A stretch of 64,000 nt of DNA from a virus (IMGVR_UViG_3300044712_000936:1-64000); one strand, 5' to 3'; numbered from the stretch's first letter, positions 41,568 to 53,581 are shown. The notes: generated by a model not told the origin, from the letters alone. Numbers and translations: made by a program.

Positions 41568-42332
41568 TCAGCTTATCCTTTCTAAAGAATTAATGTAGTA
41601 TTCCTTATTTGTCTCACTGCCGATGTACAGCCGATCCATCTCTTTACAGGCTTGGGCTGTAGTACCGCTGCCCATGAAAGGATCATATACAATATCAGTA
41701 TTGTTTCTGGAATAAACGCCAATTGCCCATTTAGGTAATTCTATAGGAAAAGCTGCACAGTGTTTATTAATTCGGGCACTGGACGACCAATCTTCTCCTA
41801 CAACGCCTCTTTGTGAGAGTTTACGATCTGTTACATATTCCAGATTAGAGCCGTTCTTCTTTCTGAACGTCCAGATATGCTCATAATCAAATACCGGACG
41901 TGGATGGGTGTTACAAACAAACGGGATACCCATTCTAGCAAATCGCTTGCGCCAGATACGAGTCGCCTGTAAATCCATTCCAGCAAGTTCAACACCCCAC
42001 CGATAATAATTGATGGACGCCGGATAACAAGCCGGAATATCGGATCGGTAAAACCGATTACCTGAATTGTAATAATCACCAAAATTAACAACCAGATAAC
42101 ACCCCGGCTTCAAGATGCGATTCCACTCTGTAAAACACCTTTCTAACAAAGAACAATAAGCAGCATAGGTAATTGTCCGTTCGTATTCTTTGTTTAGGTA
42201 ATAAGGTGGTGATGTAACAATCAGATCAATGGAACTATCGGGCATAGCTGCCATCGTACACAAACAATCTTCATTGTAAATAACGTTCGTTTTCATAGTA
42301 TTCATTATAGGACACTTTGCCTTGGATGTCAA
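41568..42332 (-). CDS. Beta-class DNA amino-methyltransferase (N4-C/N6-A)
   Basis: DLIVTSPPY, HCAAFP, YDPFMGSGTT. Confidence 0.9.
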   Translation of the reverse strand: MTSKAKCPIMNTMKTNVIYNEDCLCTMAAMPDSSIDLIVTSPPYYLNKEYERTITYAAYCSLLERCFTEWNRILKPGCYLVVNFGDYYNSGNRFYRSDIPACYPASINYYRWGVELAGMDLQATRIWRKRFARMGIPFVCNTHPRPVFDYEHIWTFRKKNGSNLEYVTDRKLSQRGVVGEDWSSSARINKHCAAFPIELPKWAIGVYSRNNTDIVYDPFMGSGTTAQACKEMDRLYIGSETNKEYYINSLERIS

Positions 42333-42338
42333 TCCTAA

Positions 42339-42740
42339 TTAAGCTATTGTCAACGTAACTGAATAATAGAACTCGTTGTTGATAGCTCTAATATCAATAT
42401 CTTCGTTACGGAAACGTGAAATAAACGTATCCAACGAATCAATGTCTAGAACCCAACAAAACGTATTAACATCTTTAACATAATAATTTCCTTCAATTCG
42501 ATGGTTAAAACCGGAATCATTCCAACCTTTAGGGGGCTTTTGGAAACCTTCTTCTGTGCTAATATAAGGTTTGCCTTTTTCATTAATCTTAGCTACGTAT
42601 TTTATAACAGGCTGGCGATAGGATTCCACGCGATCCACATATTCCACCTTAAAAGCACCGGCAAAGGGAGACTGTTCTGGTAAAAAGTGTGTATAATCTC
42701 CGTAGGCATCTTGCTTACGAACATCGATAATAAATTTCAT
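42339..42740 (-). CDS. Hypothetical protein, paralog of 40315-40722
   Basis: Same shared motifs as its paralog. Confidence 0.65.
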   Translation of the reverse strand: MKFIIDVRKQDAYGDYTHFLPEQSPFAGAFKVEYVDRVESYRQPVIKYVAKINEKGKPYISTEEGFQKPPKGWNDSGFNHRIEGNYYVKDVNTFCWVLDIDSLDTFISRFRNEDIDIRAINNEFYYSVTLTIA

Positions 42741-43224
42741 GTTAAATTATTCCTCCAACTCAAACAGGACAATGGTATATTTTCCCCACCGGGCTAACCA
42801 CTCGCCGGTCAGAGTTACATGCCTTTCCTCAGTATATTCATAGACATGAATATTTTTGTAGCTAATCCACTGGCTTACAAAGGGTGATAATACACGATAC
42901 CGCTCAGGATGCTCTTTGATATACTTCATATCTATCGCAGACCATTCTTCAACTAGTTGTTTAGCCCGATCTAGAGATACACAACTATATAACGGTTTTC
43001 CATCACCGTTAAGGTCATTGTAAATAAGATAGATGTTCATTTATCAAGTCCATGCAATCGCTCATAAAATACGATCCAACTTGCAATACTATAGGCAAGA
43101 GACAATATACAAAAGGGTATACTGATAACGTTCATCAGGGGCATATGAAGTACACTACCATCTACTGCCAGAAAAAACCCTGTTACACCTAACACCAGAG
43201 CATAGGCTAAATACTTATCTGAAT

Positions 43225-44235
43225 TCATTCAACCTCCCAGTAAGCCAGCGGATTTTTATAGTCTGGATAATTTTCGTTCAACCAGCTTTTTACATCTTGC
43301 AGTGCTGTTTCTCCGGCAGATTTATAAGCTATATCTTTATAGTGGTTCTTTAAAAGGAAATTACCGCCTCTTGAAAGGTTGTCTAAAAATTCGGTACACA
43401 CTAGAAAATCGCTGGAATCTAGCACAACAAAACTATACCCATTCTGCTGTGCATATATACGATATTTACACAGTATGTCCAACCAATCTCCACCAGAATT
43501 TCCAACCATATATTCAATTCGTAGCCTTTTTAATTCGTCGTATACATACCCATAATGCATACCATCTTCTACTCGTCTTACATACAAACTCCAATCAACA
43601 GGAAACTTCACCCAAATATGTTTACTATCAGGTTTACCTAGAGTAGTAAACCCTAAACACTCCAAATCTTGTAGGTTAATCGCCGGTATTAAGATAGAAT
43701 CTGTTTTATTTTTGCGTTTCATTTAAATGTCCCAATATGCAAACGGATTTTCATAGTCAGGATAATTCTCTAACAACCAGTTATCCATCTCGTGATGATC
43801 CAGATCTTCAGAATGCAATCTAGGCAAAACAGACTTATGGACACATACACCTTTTGATTTACCCCGCTTAAGAAATTCTTTTACCCGCGTCTCGTCACGC
43901 ATAACAGTATGATAATAATAACGCAAACCACCATCAACCATTGAGTCATAACTTGTCCAGAAACGCTTAGAAAAATATATTTCAGCTTTAAAATTGACGT
44001 TCTCAAGATTGTAGTGCCCTCTGAGTCTACCCTGCTCATCAGCAAAATAGTATTCTGTCTTATAAACAGATCCCCTATATTCAACCACTGTCCATCCAGC
44101 CGGAGGAATGGTATAAACATAGGAATTTTCGACTCTACCCAAAAAAGTAAAGCCTAAATTTTCCATAGGCTGCATATATTCTTCTTTGATAGGCAAAACT
44201 ACAGTACGAGACTGCTCTTTCTTTTTACGAAACAT
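43225..44235 (-). other. Tandem paralog pair (43225-43722, 43723-44235)
   Basis: Both have LGFT.LG, DE..RLR and C-terminal WL.ENYPDY.NP.AYW. Confidence 0.7.
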
Positions 44236-44977
44236 AGCCCAACTCCTTAATCTTCAACAAAACTTCAACGGTTGCAAACAGAACATCGTCACTTGTTCTA
44301 CACACACATTTTCTAGTAATGCGGTTTGTTTGGTCCCGATAAGTAATCAATGTTTTGTAACCCATTTCTGGCGCATTATTCCTTAACCAGAAGTGAAAGT
44401 GCTTGTCATAACCGAGGCGAGTAACCAAATCAACAGATATGGTTATATCCATAGATGTAGGATTGCTGATAGTTAACTTCAATTCACGCGGGTGCTTCAT
44501 GTATTATTCCTTTATAACAAGCATATAATCGATCATAGTACAATTATCTAAATATTGTAAAGCAACTTCTGATGCATAATCAGCTGAACTAATCTCCGAC
44601 ATCAAGTGGGTAAACAAAGGTTGCCAAAGAGGATGATCACAACCAAATAACTCATTGATCCTATCTTCAACAAGCATTTGTAGCTTAACAATAGAATTGA
44701 TGAGCAAAACTAGATCTTCATCCGTTTCAATCGGCATAGGATAATCTCAACTATAATAAACAGGCCAACAACAAGAAAGTGCCTATATATGCACCAATAA
44801 CACTTACCAGCAGCAGTTTACCGCTTCTTTCATAGTCTTGCATGTTGTTCAAAGGTAAAAAGACAGCCACAAAGAACTCTAAGAACAGAGAAGCGATTAG
44901 CAGGACAGCGCCAATCCATATCATTGATTGTCTCCTTTTTACAAAGCTTTATGTTCTAGATTTATCGTCTAGGTATA

Positions 44978-45006
44978 ATTATAAAACAAATCAAGAAGTT
45001 TGTCAA
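44978..45006 (-). promoter_or_regulatory. Consensus sigma70 promoter
   Basis: TTGACA, 17 bp, TATAAT on the minus strand. Confidence 0.85.
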
Positions 45007-45007
45007 T

Positions 45008-45844
45008 CTAATTAAAATCAGCAAAGGATAGGATATGAACAATGACATCAGCCGTAAAAGCGTTGCCTAAACATCTATACCGCTGTGTATCTGATGTTCT
45101 TTTACCGTTCGCCCCAAACTCTGTATACCCATCCGGTAAAGTCTGTAGCCGCTCACATTCCACAGGAGTTAACATCCGAATGACATTCCCCCGATCACTG
45201 ACCAGGGTTCTAGCCCCTACCGTATTTCCATAAACGATCTGCCTGTGAGATCTGTCCAGGTATTGCTTTTCGTTTGTTCCCCTGTAATACTGAGCATCAA
45301 TACACAAAGATTTGTCCCGATCTACGCTATCTCCCTCGAGAATGTCCTTCAGGAGAATATGCTTATCCTCGGGTTGAGTAACACCCTGTATATTCGTCCA
45401 GTAGAGCCGCCTCCGACTTTGAGCACTCACTAACGCACTGTTAATCTTAATTGGCTCTACTCCGATAGCAGCAGTTATCGTATCACGCCATTCTTTTTTA
45501 ACTACCGCAATGTTTTCTAAAACAAAATATTTAGGCTGGACTGCCTTTAGTATTCGCAAATACTCATAAAACAATCCCGAACGATCCCCTGCTAAACCTG
45601 CACCCAATCCAGCAGAAGATATATCCTGACAAGGTGAACCACCGATCAACAGATCAATAGGGGGCAGAGAAGCAACAGTCCTGACATCCCCCAACTGAAT
45701 AATAGCCGGATGGTTCTTAGCTGAAATCCGCAGAGCATACTTATCAATTTCAGAAGCGTAATAAGTACAATCCAGATGGAGACGATCAAGAGCGACCTTA
45801 GCTACAGAAATGCCGTCAAATAGACTTAGAACATTAAAAACCAT
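45008..45844 (-). CDS. DNA cytosine-5 methyltransferase
   Basis: LSLFDG, GGSPCQD, LENI, AQSRRRLYW, ECERLQ, LGNAF. Confidence 0.92.
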   Translation of the reverse strand: MVFNVLSLFDGISVAKVALDRLHLDCTYYASEIDKYALRISAKNHPAIIQLGDVRTVASLPPIDLLIGGSPCQDISSAGLGAGLAGDRSGLFYEYLRILKAVQPKYFVLENIAVVKKEWRDTITAAIGVEPIKINSALVSAQSRRRLYWTNIQGVTQPEDKHILLKDILEGDSVDRDKSLCIDAQYYRGTNEKQYLDRSHRQIVYGNTVGARTLVSDRGNVIRMLTPVECERLQTLPDGYTEFGANGKRTSDTQRYRCLGNAFTADVIVHILSFADFN

Positions 45845-46139
45845 GTGTGTTCTGATTCCATGCTGCATGATCATACTCTATTGCATCAAATAAAGCCCCC
45901 CACAAATCATTCTCCGATAGAATATAAATAACAGTCCCATCCCGTTTATGATCAGCAAGGTACTGATCAGCCTCTTCTTTACTATTAACTATAATAAGGG
46001 TAGAGTATTCTTCGTGTGGTGTGCCTGTATCAAAAACAAAGTATCTCATTATAATCTCCTAACTACGTGGAATGATGTATGGATCACGCTCTGGCACAAC
46101 AGGACTTCATGTTTTGAACTCTTTTGTCGGTCTTTAAGT

Positions 46140-47195
46140 TCATGAGTTATCTCCGTAAAATTCCAATTTAATAATATTCTTTCTCCAATCAGGCTTTTGA
46201 TCCCATATGTCAAACAAACAGGCTGCCCCTTTGGGGTAATTTTTCATAACCCATTGGGCAAAGGTTTTTCGATCTGTTTTGGGAGCCTGCTCATCATAAG
46301 CCATATCTAGTGTATAACGACAATTCATTATCCGATCAACAATCTCTGCATACCACTCTCTGACTTGCTCCCGATATTCTTCCGGTGCTGTTTTCATGTA
46401 TTCGTCTATTTTACCATTCTCATAAGCCTTTAATGTATTCTTAAAACTTATTCCAGAAATAAATTTATGAAGTTCCCTGTACCAGTCTGTTTTAAACTTC
46501 CAGCGTGATCCGTCTGAAAACTCTGCTACAAACCCTTCCTGATCTCGCATCATCCCTGTTGCTTCTAAAATCTGAGTAATGTTATTAAACACAACATGAG
46601 TAGGACGAGTAAATCCCCAATCATAAGCAAACGCATCTACTTCATAAAACGGAATATACCTTCCATCAGTCGGGTTACGCATAGCCAGCAGAACTAAATC
46701 CTCTGCGCCGTGATAGTCCACTACAATCTTGTTGTCGGGATAGACAATTTCAAACAACATCGTTAATTCGTAAGGAAGCTCACTCAAATTCCAATTTTCA
46801 TTAAGGTATTCTGTCGCCCACAAAGCCTGATCACTAGTGAATGACCCCCTGGTGGCAATCTTACAGCCGTTATCTCTATAAAGAATTCCAAGCGATCCAT
46901 CAACTTTGTCAGTGACCGACACAAGATGTCCAGTAGGATATTTACCAAACTCTCCAAAATTAAAGAACTTATCAAAGGGACGTGCTACTACTTCTGTTTT
47001 ATTGACGATCAATCCTCTACTAACTGTCTCAAAGAAGTTCCAGCGGTTAGCATATTGAGCAGCATTTGTATAGTTAAACAGATAAATCCCATTTTGTTCA
47101 ATAACTTTGACATCTCCGTATTGAGACCGGTCATTGAATCCTTGGGCAACGAGACCGATGATGTCTTGAATGGAAGTTATTTCTTTGGGTAACAT
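46140..47195 (-). CDS. ATP-dependent RNA ligase, T4 Rnl1-like
   Basis: SRGLI, RPFDKFFN, motif I KVDGS, ATRGSF, FEIV, EGFV, KFK. Confidence 0.9.
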   Translation of the reverse strand: MLPKEITSIQDIIGLVAQGFNDRSQYGDVKVIEQNGIYLFNYTNAAQYANRWNFFETVSRGLIVNKTEVVARPFDKFFNFGEFGKYPTGHLVSVTDKVDGSLGILYRDNGCKIATRGSFTSDQALWATEYLNENWNLSELPYELTMLFEIVYPDNKIVVDYHGAEDLVLLAMRNPTDGRYIPFYEVDAFAYDWGFTRPTHVVFNNITQILEATGMMRDQEGFVAEFSDGSRWKFKTDWYRELHKFISGISFKNTLKAYENGKIDEYMKTAPEEYREQVREWYAEIVDRIMNCRYTLDMAYDEQAPKTDRKTFAQWVMKNYPKGAACLFDIWDQKPDWRKNIIKLEFYGDNS

Positions 47196-47234
47196 AAGAT
47201 TATCCTTAAATACAAGAGTGAACTAATTACAACT

Positions 47235-47263
47235 ATTATAAACTAATTTAGAGAATAAGTCAA
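47235..47263 (-). promoter_or_regulatory. sigma70 promoter driving the leftward arm
   Basis: TTGACT, 17 bp, TATAAT on the minus strand. Confidence 0.8.
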
Positions 47264-48073
47264 TTCTAATTAGAAAACAAGATGTTTTTCAAACTAATTA
47301 GGTGTGCATAAATCTCGGTATAAGCATGTACCGGAAGCCCGCGCACGAGCGAATGAGGCGGTTACTCCCCTATTAGTAAGCCTAGTTCTGTAATCGGTGT
47401 CCTAACACTACGACACAAATAAAATAGGCACGTTGTAATATTGATTCACACAATTACGCTCATTACTCCATATTCCGTACATTCTAGGGAGTAATTATAA
47501 GCGAAGGATCGCCGCACTAATTCTAGTTTGTATTAGTTACTCTGTGATGTAATTAGATTATTGTTGTGCAAAATACCCTGGGATTTATATTACAGAATAT
47601 ATAGTGCCATATACTTTGTAATTAGACTACTAATTATTACTTTAAACATATATGAGGAGGAACGTTAAGACCGATCCTATTTTGGATACTTAGCATCATA
47701 ATAGTTAGCTTACTAATCATTAGCTTGCTAACGATCATAGGGTTGGGCCTATATATTCGCTTATCCGAATAAGTTATTAATCAGATAGTTCTTATAATAA
47801 TATAATCAGTCTCATATAGGCCATTGCCCTACACCCTAGATCAGCATTACAGATCAGCCATAGCAGTACACTCTGTTGTGTTGTTTGCTGTCTGTTCTTA
47901 TGCTCTGTGTGCTTCTCTGTTCTTTGTTTCCTACGATGCCTTTGTGACACTCTACAATGGCCCTATTTGACGAGATCCTATATATACGCGCATGGAAAGA
48001 CCCGTTTAACGCCATTTGTGCGACATATACGATTAGTACCAATTTAACTAACTAAGACAGGAGAAAAACGGCA

Positions 48074-48876
48074 ACGAAAGACTTTAATCTGATCAAGGCT
48101 TGTTTATGGGTTTTGGTGATCTCGATCTTGTATCGTCTCAACATCTTATCGGATGCAAGCGCCACGCTTATTTTGTTGTGCATTATCTATATCAAACTGG
48201 CGATCTTGTCCGATGTAGTCAAAGGAAAATAACATGATCAAATGGCTGTTTATTCTCGTGATGATTGCCATGCTTAACCAGAGCACGGATCAAAAATTCG
48301 GTATGAATAAACCTCACTCCGATCTAGACTGGAATCACTCTCAGGAATTCGTGCGCGAAAATGGCGAAAACGTTTTGTTTCATTTGTGCCCTCTGTTTAG
48401 TCCTGTGTGTGGATAACGAAAGGAATTAAAAATGATCCGCGTAAACTATACCGATCACAAAACCTCAGGCAGTTTGTTCTTTAAAACTCGTGAGGATCTC
48501 AACAAATGGCTGAGTCGTTTCGATCTGAATGCATACTCTCAGATCAAACAGGTTAAAAATGTGACTCACGTCAAAAACACCAAACGTCAATTTAAAGCGA
48601 CAATCGCGTTTGATCGGTAGTTCAAAAATGCATCTGTGATGCTCTCTGATGCCCCTATTTAAGCCGATAGGGGCAATTCTCATATAAGTAGACAAAGGGA
48701 GTAAAACGGCAATGAAAACACCACTAGCGGAATTGAAAGCAGAACTAACACGCACAATTGTTGATATGTACAGACAAGCAGCAAAAAAACCCTTGTCAGA
48801 AAAATCAAAGGGAGAATTACAAGGTTATGAGAATGTTTTAGCATGGATCGAACTACAAGAGTCAAAGGGAAAATAA
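48074..48876 (+). other. Operon of small early ORFs: 48074-48232 (ACG start, membrane), 48234-48416, 48432-48620, 48712-48876
   Basis: Each has an SD (AGGAG, AAGGA or GGGAG); manual translation of the two not in the track gives 52 and 54 aa, both ending KGK*. Confidence 0.55.
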
Positions 48877-48899
48877 AAACCCTTTGTACAAAGGTTTTT

Positions 48900-48931
48900 G
48901 AGTCTACTCTCATAAAGTAGACTCTTTTTTT
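48900..48931 (+). terminator. Intrinsic terminator
   Basis: GAGTCTACT-CTCATAA-AGTAGACTC-TTTTTTT. Confidence 0.85.
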
Positions 48932-49568
48932 GTTTATTGTTTAAATTATTCCCCTCTGTTTTATCTGGTTTATGGTTTCCCCTATTTCTATCAATAATAT
49001 TATATATTTATGTCCATCAATATATTTAAAAACAATAACTTATAAGCTTATATTTTTTATGATAAGTGTTTAAACAAATATATATTTATAGCTATCGATA
49101 CAATTCTACGATTCTGTGGTAATTAAAATCATCATTATCTAGTTTAATTAGTAAGATATTACAGAATAGTCCAGTTTCTACTTACACAGATTCAAACTTT
49201 TGATATACAAGATCACTATCTTGTTTTTTAACGTGATTTAACATTCGTGAGGGGAGAATCAGATCCCTAAAACAATTCTAAATACAAAAACAAACTCTTA
49301 AAAGACCCTTTACCGATTGTACTGCCCAACAAGGCCGATCTTCGACGTTTTAGGTCTTAACATAGCGGCCCTCTACAATGCCCCGTACAGCGATTCTAGT
49401 GCCCCTGCAAGCGCGGTTATTGATCCTGTAATTAGCTCACAAATAACAACTAGGCCTCATTTGTGAACATTGTAAATTTTTTTAAGAGAAAAGACCCAAA
49501 CAGCCCACAAATAGCGACATTTAAATCAGTACCAATATTGACCAATCAAAACAGGAGAGCAAACGAAA

Positions 49569-49813
49569 ATGAACACTGTCAAAGTTTACACAATGGCAAC
49601 AATGGGCTATATGGCGTTTTTGTTTTTCGTTTTGTTCGTGATTTTCGTCTCAGTGTTCAGTTATGCTATTTGGAGCATGTAACCATGAACCTCATTACTC
49701 TGATCTGGTTTTTACTCTCTCTGTTGTTTGGACATTTGTCGGATCCGTGCGATTCCCCTGAGGATCATAGCAACATCGGAATCGGCATTGATTACTACAC
49801 TTGCCAGCAATAG
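49569..49813 (+). other. Two small hydrophobic peptides (49569-49682, 49685-49813)
   Basis: SD ACAGGAG then MNTVKVY...FLFFVLFVIF..., followed by MNLITLIWFLLSLLFG.... Confidence 0.45.
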
Positions 49814-50466
49814 GGCATAAACAATCGAATAAACAAAGAAAAGCCAGCAAAAACTGGCTGTTTTTGATTCCGCAAATGTAAATTTTTTAGAACACAGGAT
49901 AAGAAAATGAGAGAGGAAATTAGAACATAAAACGAATTCCGCCTCATAGGGGATTGTGTTGTTTAAAAATATCCCCTACAATCTAAGTGTAACAAAGAAA
50001 AACAGAATAAGCGTTCTAGGCAAAGGCAAAACGAAAATGTTCAAAATCAACAGAAAATCTAGCAAACCACTAGGAAACACACTTAACCAAAGTGAACGAG
50101 AATTGCTAGTTGGTCTGATTTTGGGCATCAGAGAAACATACGCTATTGATATGGGCAAATTATCAATGGAACTAATGAGCACAAAACCAGAGAGAGGGGA
50201 ACCAATTTCTTATGAGGATTTTATAAGCGCGTTGTACTAAGCCGATCCGGGCAAGACTCAATACGAACAGATCGCAACCGAACCAAACGACATTAAGACC
50301 CGACTCAACCTTAACAATAGAACAGATAACAGGGCAGAAAACACCCTTAATGTAATGGCCCTCTATCGGACAAACTACCGAGTCAAAAATTGAAACTTAA
50401 ACTTACTTTGAAAAGACTCAGCAAAAACTTTAAAATCTGAGTGTAGCAAACAGGAGAGCAAAGGCA

Positions 50467-51123
50467 ATGACTCAAACGACACGCGAACTAGTTCGCATAA
50501 ACCTATCGTCAAAGGACAATGAGATCCAAACGCTTAACGCTATAGCGAACAGCATTAATGCCACAGATCCTAACTCTTATCTGGCCTCTCTGTTCACTCC
50601 TGAGTTTATTTCATGGGTTTCTCAAATGATCCACAGTGACATTATGCCTGATATGGAATCGGCATTAAAAGCAAACGAAAATAGCGCCCACAAAAACTCA
50701 GTTGAACACTCTCAAGCTGAGATCACAATCACAAAGCAAAGCGAATTGATTGACTCTCAGGCAGAAAGAATCGAAACATTAACCGAACGGATCGATCTCA
50801 AAACATCGGAGATCGATTACCTAAAACGGGAACAGAGAGATCTAGAGATCGCAGGAAAAAAACAGGAGTTAAAAGAGGCTTTTCACTTGACAGAGAAAGA
50901 TCTAGAGGTGGTTTGGTTCATGATCAAACGGTACTCGATTTTATATCACACTGATTACCTCTGGCGCGGTTGGTCACAGTATACGATCCGTAAGCTTGAG
51001 AAAAACGGACTAATCGACAACGAACCAGAAAACGGGATCTACAGTCTATCAATGAGGGTTGAACACTGGATCACCCAAAACATGACAAGTGAACTATTGT
51101 ACTCTGTACAGATGTTTGGATAA
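50467..51123 (+). CDS. Coiled-coil protein with possible C-terminal winged-helix
   Basis: SD AGGAG; central heptad region; LTEKDL...TIRKLEKNGLI...YSLS. Confidence 0.65.
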   Translation: MTQTTRELVRINLSSKDNEIQTLNAIANSINATDPNSYLASLFTPEFISWVSQMIHSDIMPDMESALKANENSAHKNSVEHSQAEITITKQSELIDSQAERIETLTERIDLKTSEIDYLKREQRDLEIAGKKQELKEAFHLTEKDLEVVWFMIKRYSILYHTDYLWRGWSQYTIRKLEKNGLIDNEPENGIYSLSMRVEHWITQNMTSELLYSVQMFG

Positions 51124-51255
51124 TGCCCCTATTTAATGAGGTAGGGGCAGGACAGCATAAACAGCAAAGGATCCTAATCTGTAGACACTATTCACCCAAA
51201 AAACACGACATAAATATAACGACCTGTATCTATAACACGAAAGGAAAAAAATCAA

Positions 51256-51471
51256 ATGCCTAACTTTTTTAAGACCGTAAAGCACGAATACGAACAGCAA
51301 AAAGAAACCAACGCAAAGAATGCGCGTACAATCGCGGAATTGCGCGCCCATTTATCGCATATGATCGAGTCTTGCAATTCCTCATTGGATGTAATTGATC
51401 CGCGTGATGATATTGCATTGGCACAAATGATCACACGGAAAAACACATGTGTTGAGATCCGCTTTCTATGA
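51256..51471 (+). CDS. Hypothetical protein
   Basis: 71 aa with SD AAGGA. Confidence 0.5.
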   Translation: MPNFFKTVKHEYEQQKETNAKNARTIAELRAHLSHMIESCNSSLDVIDPRDDIALAQMITRKNTCVEIRFL

Positions 51472-51635
51472 TGCCGCAGCAAACGGAGAAACAGAGGAGA
51501 TCGGCAGGGCATGTAGACGTATAGTGCGCATACTGTCGTAAGATTATTTATTAACTTATATTTCTTTTCACTTAGTATTTTTTAATATCCGCATTAAAAA
51601 TATAGGTTAGCGGATCGGACAAAGGAAAGGCGTAT

Positions 51636-52913
51636 ATGATCTCTGAATTCGAACAAACCTATGAAAATGATTATTTTCCATACGAACAGATCAATGATCT
51701 GATCTGGGAATGGATACGGCAAAACGATATTAGGCGGGCTTACCTTAACGTTGAATACGCGATGGATATTTGCCGCGAAAATTACGGGAAACTTAAGCCC
51801 GGTAAAATGATCGCAAACGCGATCAAAAAATTGATCCATATGCGGATCGATCAAATAAGGGAGGACAATTACGAGTACCAAAAACCGATTCTTGAAAAAT
51901 TGGAATCGCTTAAAATCTCTCCTGAGACAGTAACATTTTGGGGCAATGCCATAGCCAACCAACCGAAAGAAAAAATCACGATCCGTTTAACCTACGGTTG
52001 TAAAGGATCTGCACGTGAATACTATCATGTAGGTAGTTGTTGGTGGGGAGGGTATGAAACTAGTAGGGATTACTTGGAATCTAGCTATGGCGGAGCAATT
52101 CGCGCTTATCGTAATGATGAGATTGTAGGGCGAGTCTGGTTTATTCCCTATAGTGATGGAATCATCCTGTTTAACGCCTATGGTAAGGGGGAATTAGGGA
52201 GAATCGGATCTTGGAGCAACCTACTAAAACGATCCTTTCCTGATTATTTTGTTAGCAAGGTAATGCTGGAATTCGGGGGGGATCCTGGAGTCTTATTCCA
52301 GAATTCAGAGAGCACTAATCTGTACATTGGTCCTAACAAAATCAACGATGAAACGATCAGAATCGATCTGACTCGTCCTGAGAAATTTAAATACGCCAAA
52401 GATTTAACGTTTTGCTCTCATTGCGGGATCCCTATCATCGGCGGATCTGGTTATTCCACAACCGACAACGGAGTCATTTGTTACGCTTGTCAGAATCTTT
52501 TCTACGCCAGATCACGATCCACAGGGGCATGGATCCCAATTGAAAACGCGATAGAAGTTTATGATGCGTACAATGATCGGTACTATGAATCGCCTGACTC
52601 GCCTGACATTATCTATGCTAGGGCAATAAACCGTTATGTTTACATTACGGATTACTGGGTGGATGTTTTTGGTACTGCCCACAGGAGAGGCGCTAGATCC
52701 TGCTTCCGTTGTCGCGTCTCTGGTAACATTTATCCTGTAGATCGCTTAGTGTGGACACAGATCGGACCAGTAGATCGGACCAATTACGATCCTGAGGTTC
52801 ACGTTTTGGGAATTCCAGAACAACCGCAATATGCACCGAGTCTCAGTTTTGCGGATCGCCAGAATCAAATGGCCCTCCGGCGGCAATGGCAACAGTTAAC
52901 TAGTCTCATGTGA
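51636..52913 (+). CDS. Cys-rich hypothetical protein, paralog 1 of 4
   Basis: Core LTYGCKG..YYH..SCWWGGY..SR..GGAIRAY..GRVWF.P..DGI.LFNAYG plus CxxC repeats. Confidence 0.8.
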   Translation: MISEFEQTYENDYFPYEQINDLIWEWIRQNDIRRAYLNVEYAMDICRENYGKLKPGKMIANAIKKLIHMRIDQIREDNYEYQKPILEKLESLKISPETVTFWGNAIANQPKEKITIRLTYGCKGSAREYYHVGSCWWGGYETSRDYLESSYGGAIRAYRNDEIVGRVWFIPYSDGIILFNAYGKGELGRIGSWSNLLKRSFPDYFVSKVMLEFGGDPGVLFQNSESTNLYIGPNKINDETIRIDLTRPEKFKYAKDLTFCSHCGIPIIGGSGYSTTDNGVICYACQNLFYARSRSTGAWIPIENAIEVYDAYNDRYYESPDSPDIIYARAINRYVYITDYWVDVFGTAHRRGARSCFRCRVSGNIYPVDRLVWTQIGPVDRTNYDPEVHVLGIPEQPQYAPSLSFADRQNQMALRRQWQQLTSLM

Positions 52914-52929
52914 GATTAGTTCGCTATCT

Positions 52930-53325
52930 CTCTAGCCTCTCTCAGGAGAGGATATTCTATTTTATCTCAGTGTTGTGTAAGCTTCTGTAATGCCCTACAA
53001 TGGCCCTAATTAGGGAGATCGGTAGAAAACCACCTAAACAAGCATATCGCGTTAAATAGGGGCATTACAGAGGCTTACAGGGGCATTGTAGAAACAATTC
53101 AACACACAAAACTTAAGAGAGGGGTACAAAACTGGCTGTTTTTGTTCATGCTCTCCTGAGACGCTAAGGTAAGCAATTCAACACTGGCATAGATCCCAGG
53201 GTAATTTTTGGCCTATCCTGAGATGCTAAAATAGGCCTCACAATGCCCTACAATGCCCCCGTTTGATAGGTGCATGGTAGTTGATACCACTATATAACTG
53301 ATCGCCCCGTTTTGGGGCATTTGAT
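52930..53325. repeat. Nested inverted repeats/long hairpins
   Basis: TGTAAGCTTCTGTAATGCCC (52976-52995) vs GGGCATTACAGAGGCTTACA (53060-53079); TCTCAGGAGAG vs CTCTCCTGAGA; CAATGCCCC/GGGGCATTTG. Confidence 0.75.
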
Positions 53326-53362
53326 CGCGTTTTCTTTCTCTCAACTATAGAATAGGTGCAAT

Positions 53363-53581
53363 ATGTTTAGAACCATTAAAACAGAAAAAATTACAGAAAA
53401 AAGAATTCGGCTTAATTTCTATTTAAATAACGCTTATATGGGTTATTATGAGGCTTTGCCTTATATGGCGATAAGTGAACTACTAATACGTATTAACAAA
53501 GGCTATACGCTAGTAGAAGACTCAGCCCTACTAGTTAGCCCGAAAAGCACCTACGGGATTGACGAAAATTCCCGGCCTTAA
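53363..53581 (+). CDS. Hypothetical protein
   Basis: 72 aa with SD AGGTG. Confidence 0.5.
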   Translation: MFRTIKTEKITEKRIRLNFYLNNAYMGYYEALPYMAISELLIRINKGYTLVEDSALLVSPKSTYGIDENSRP

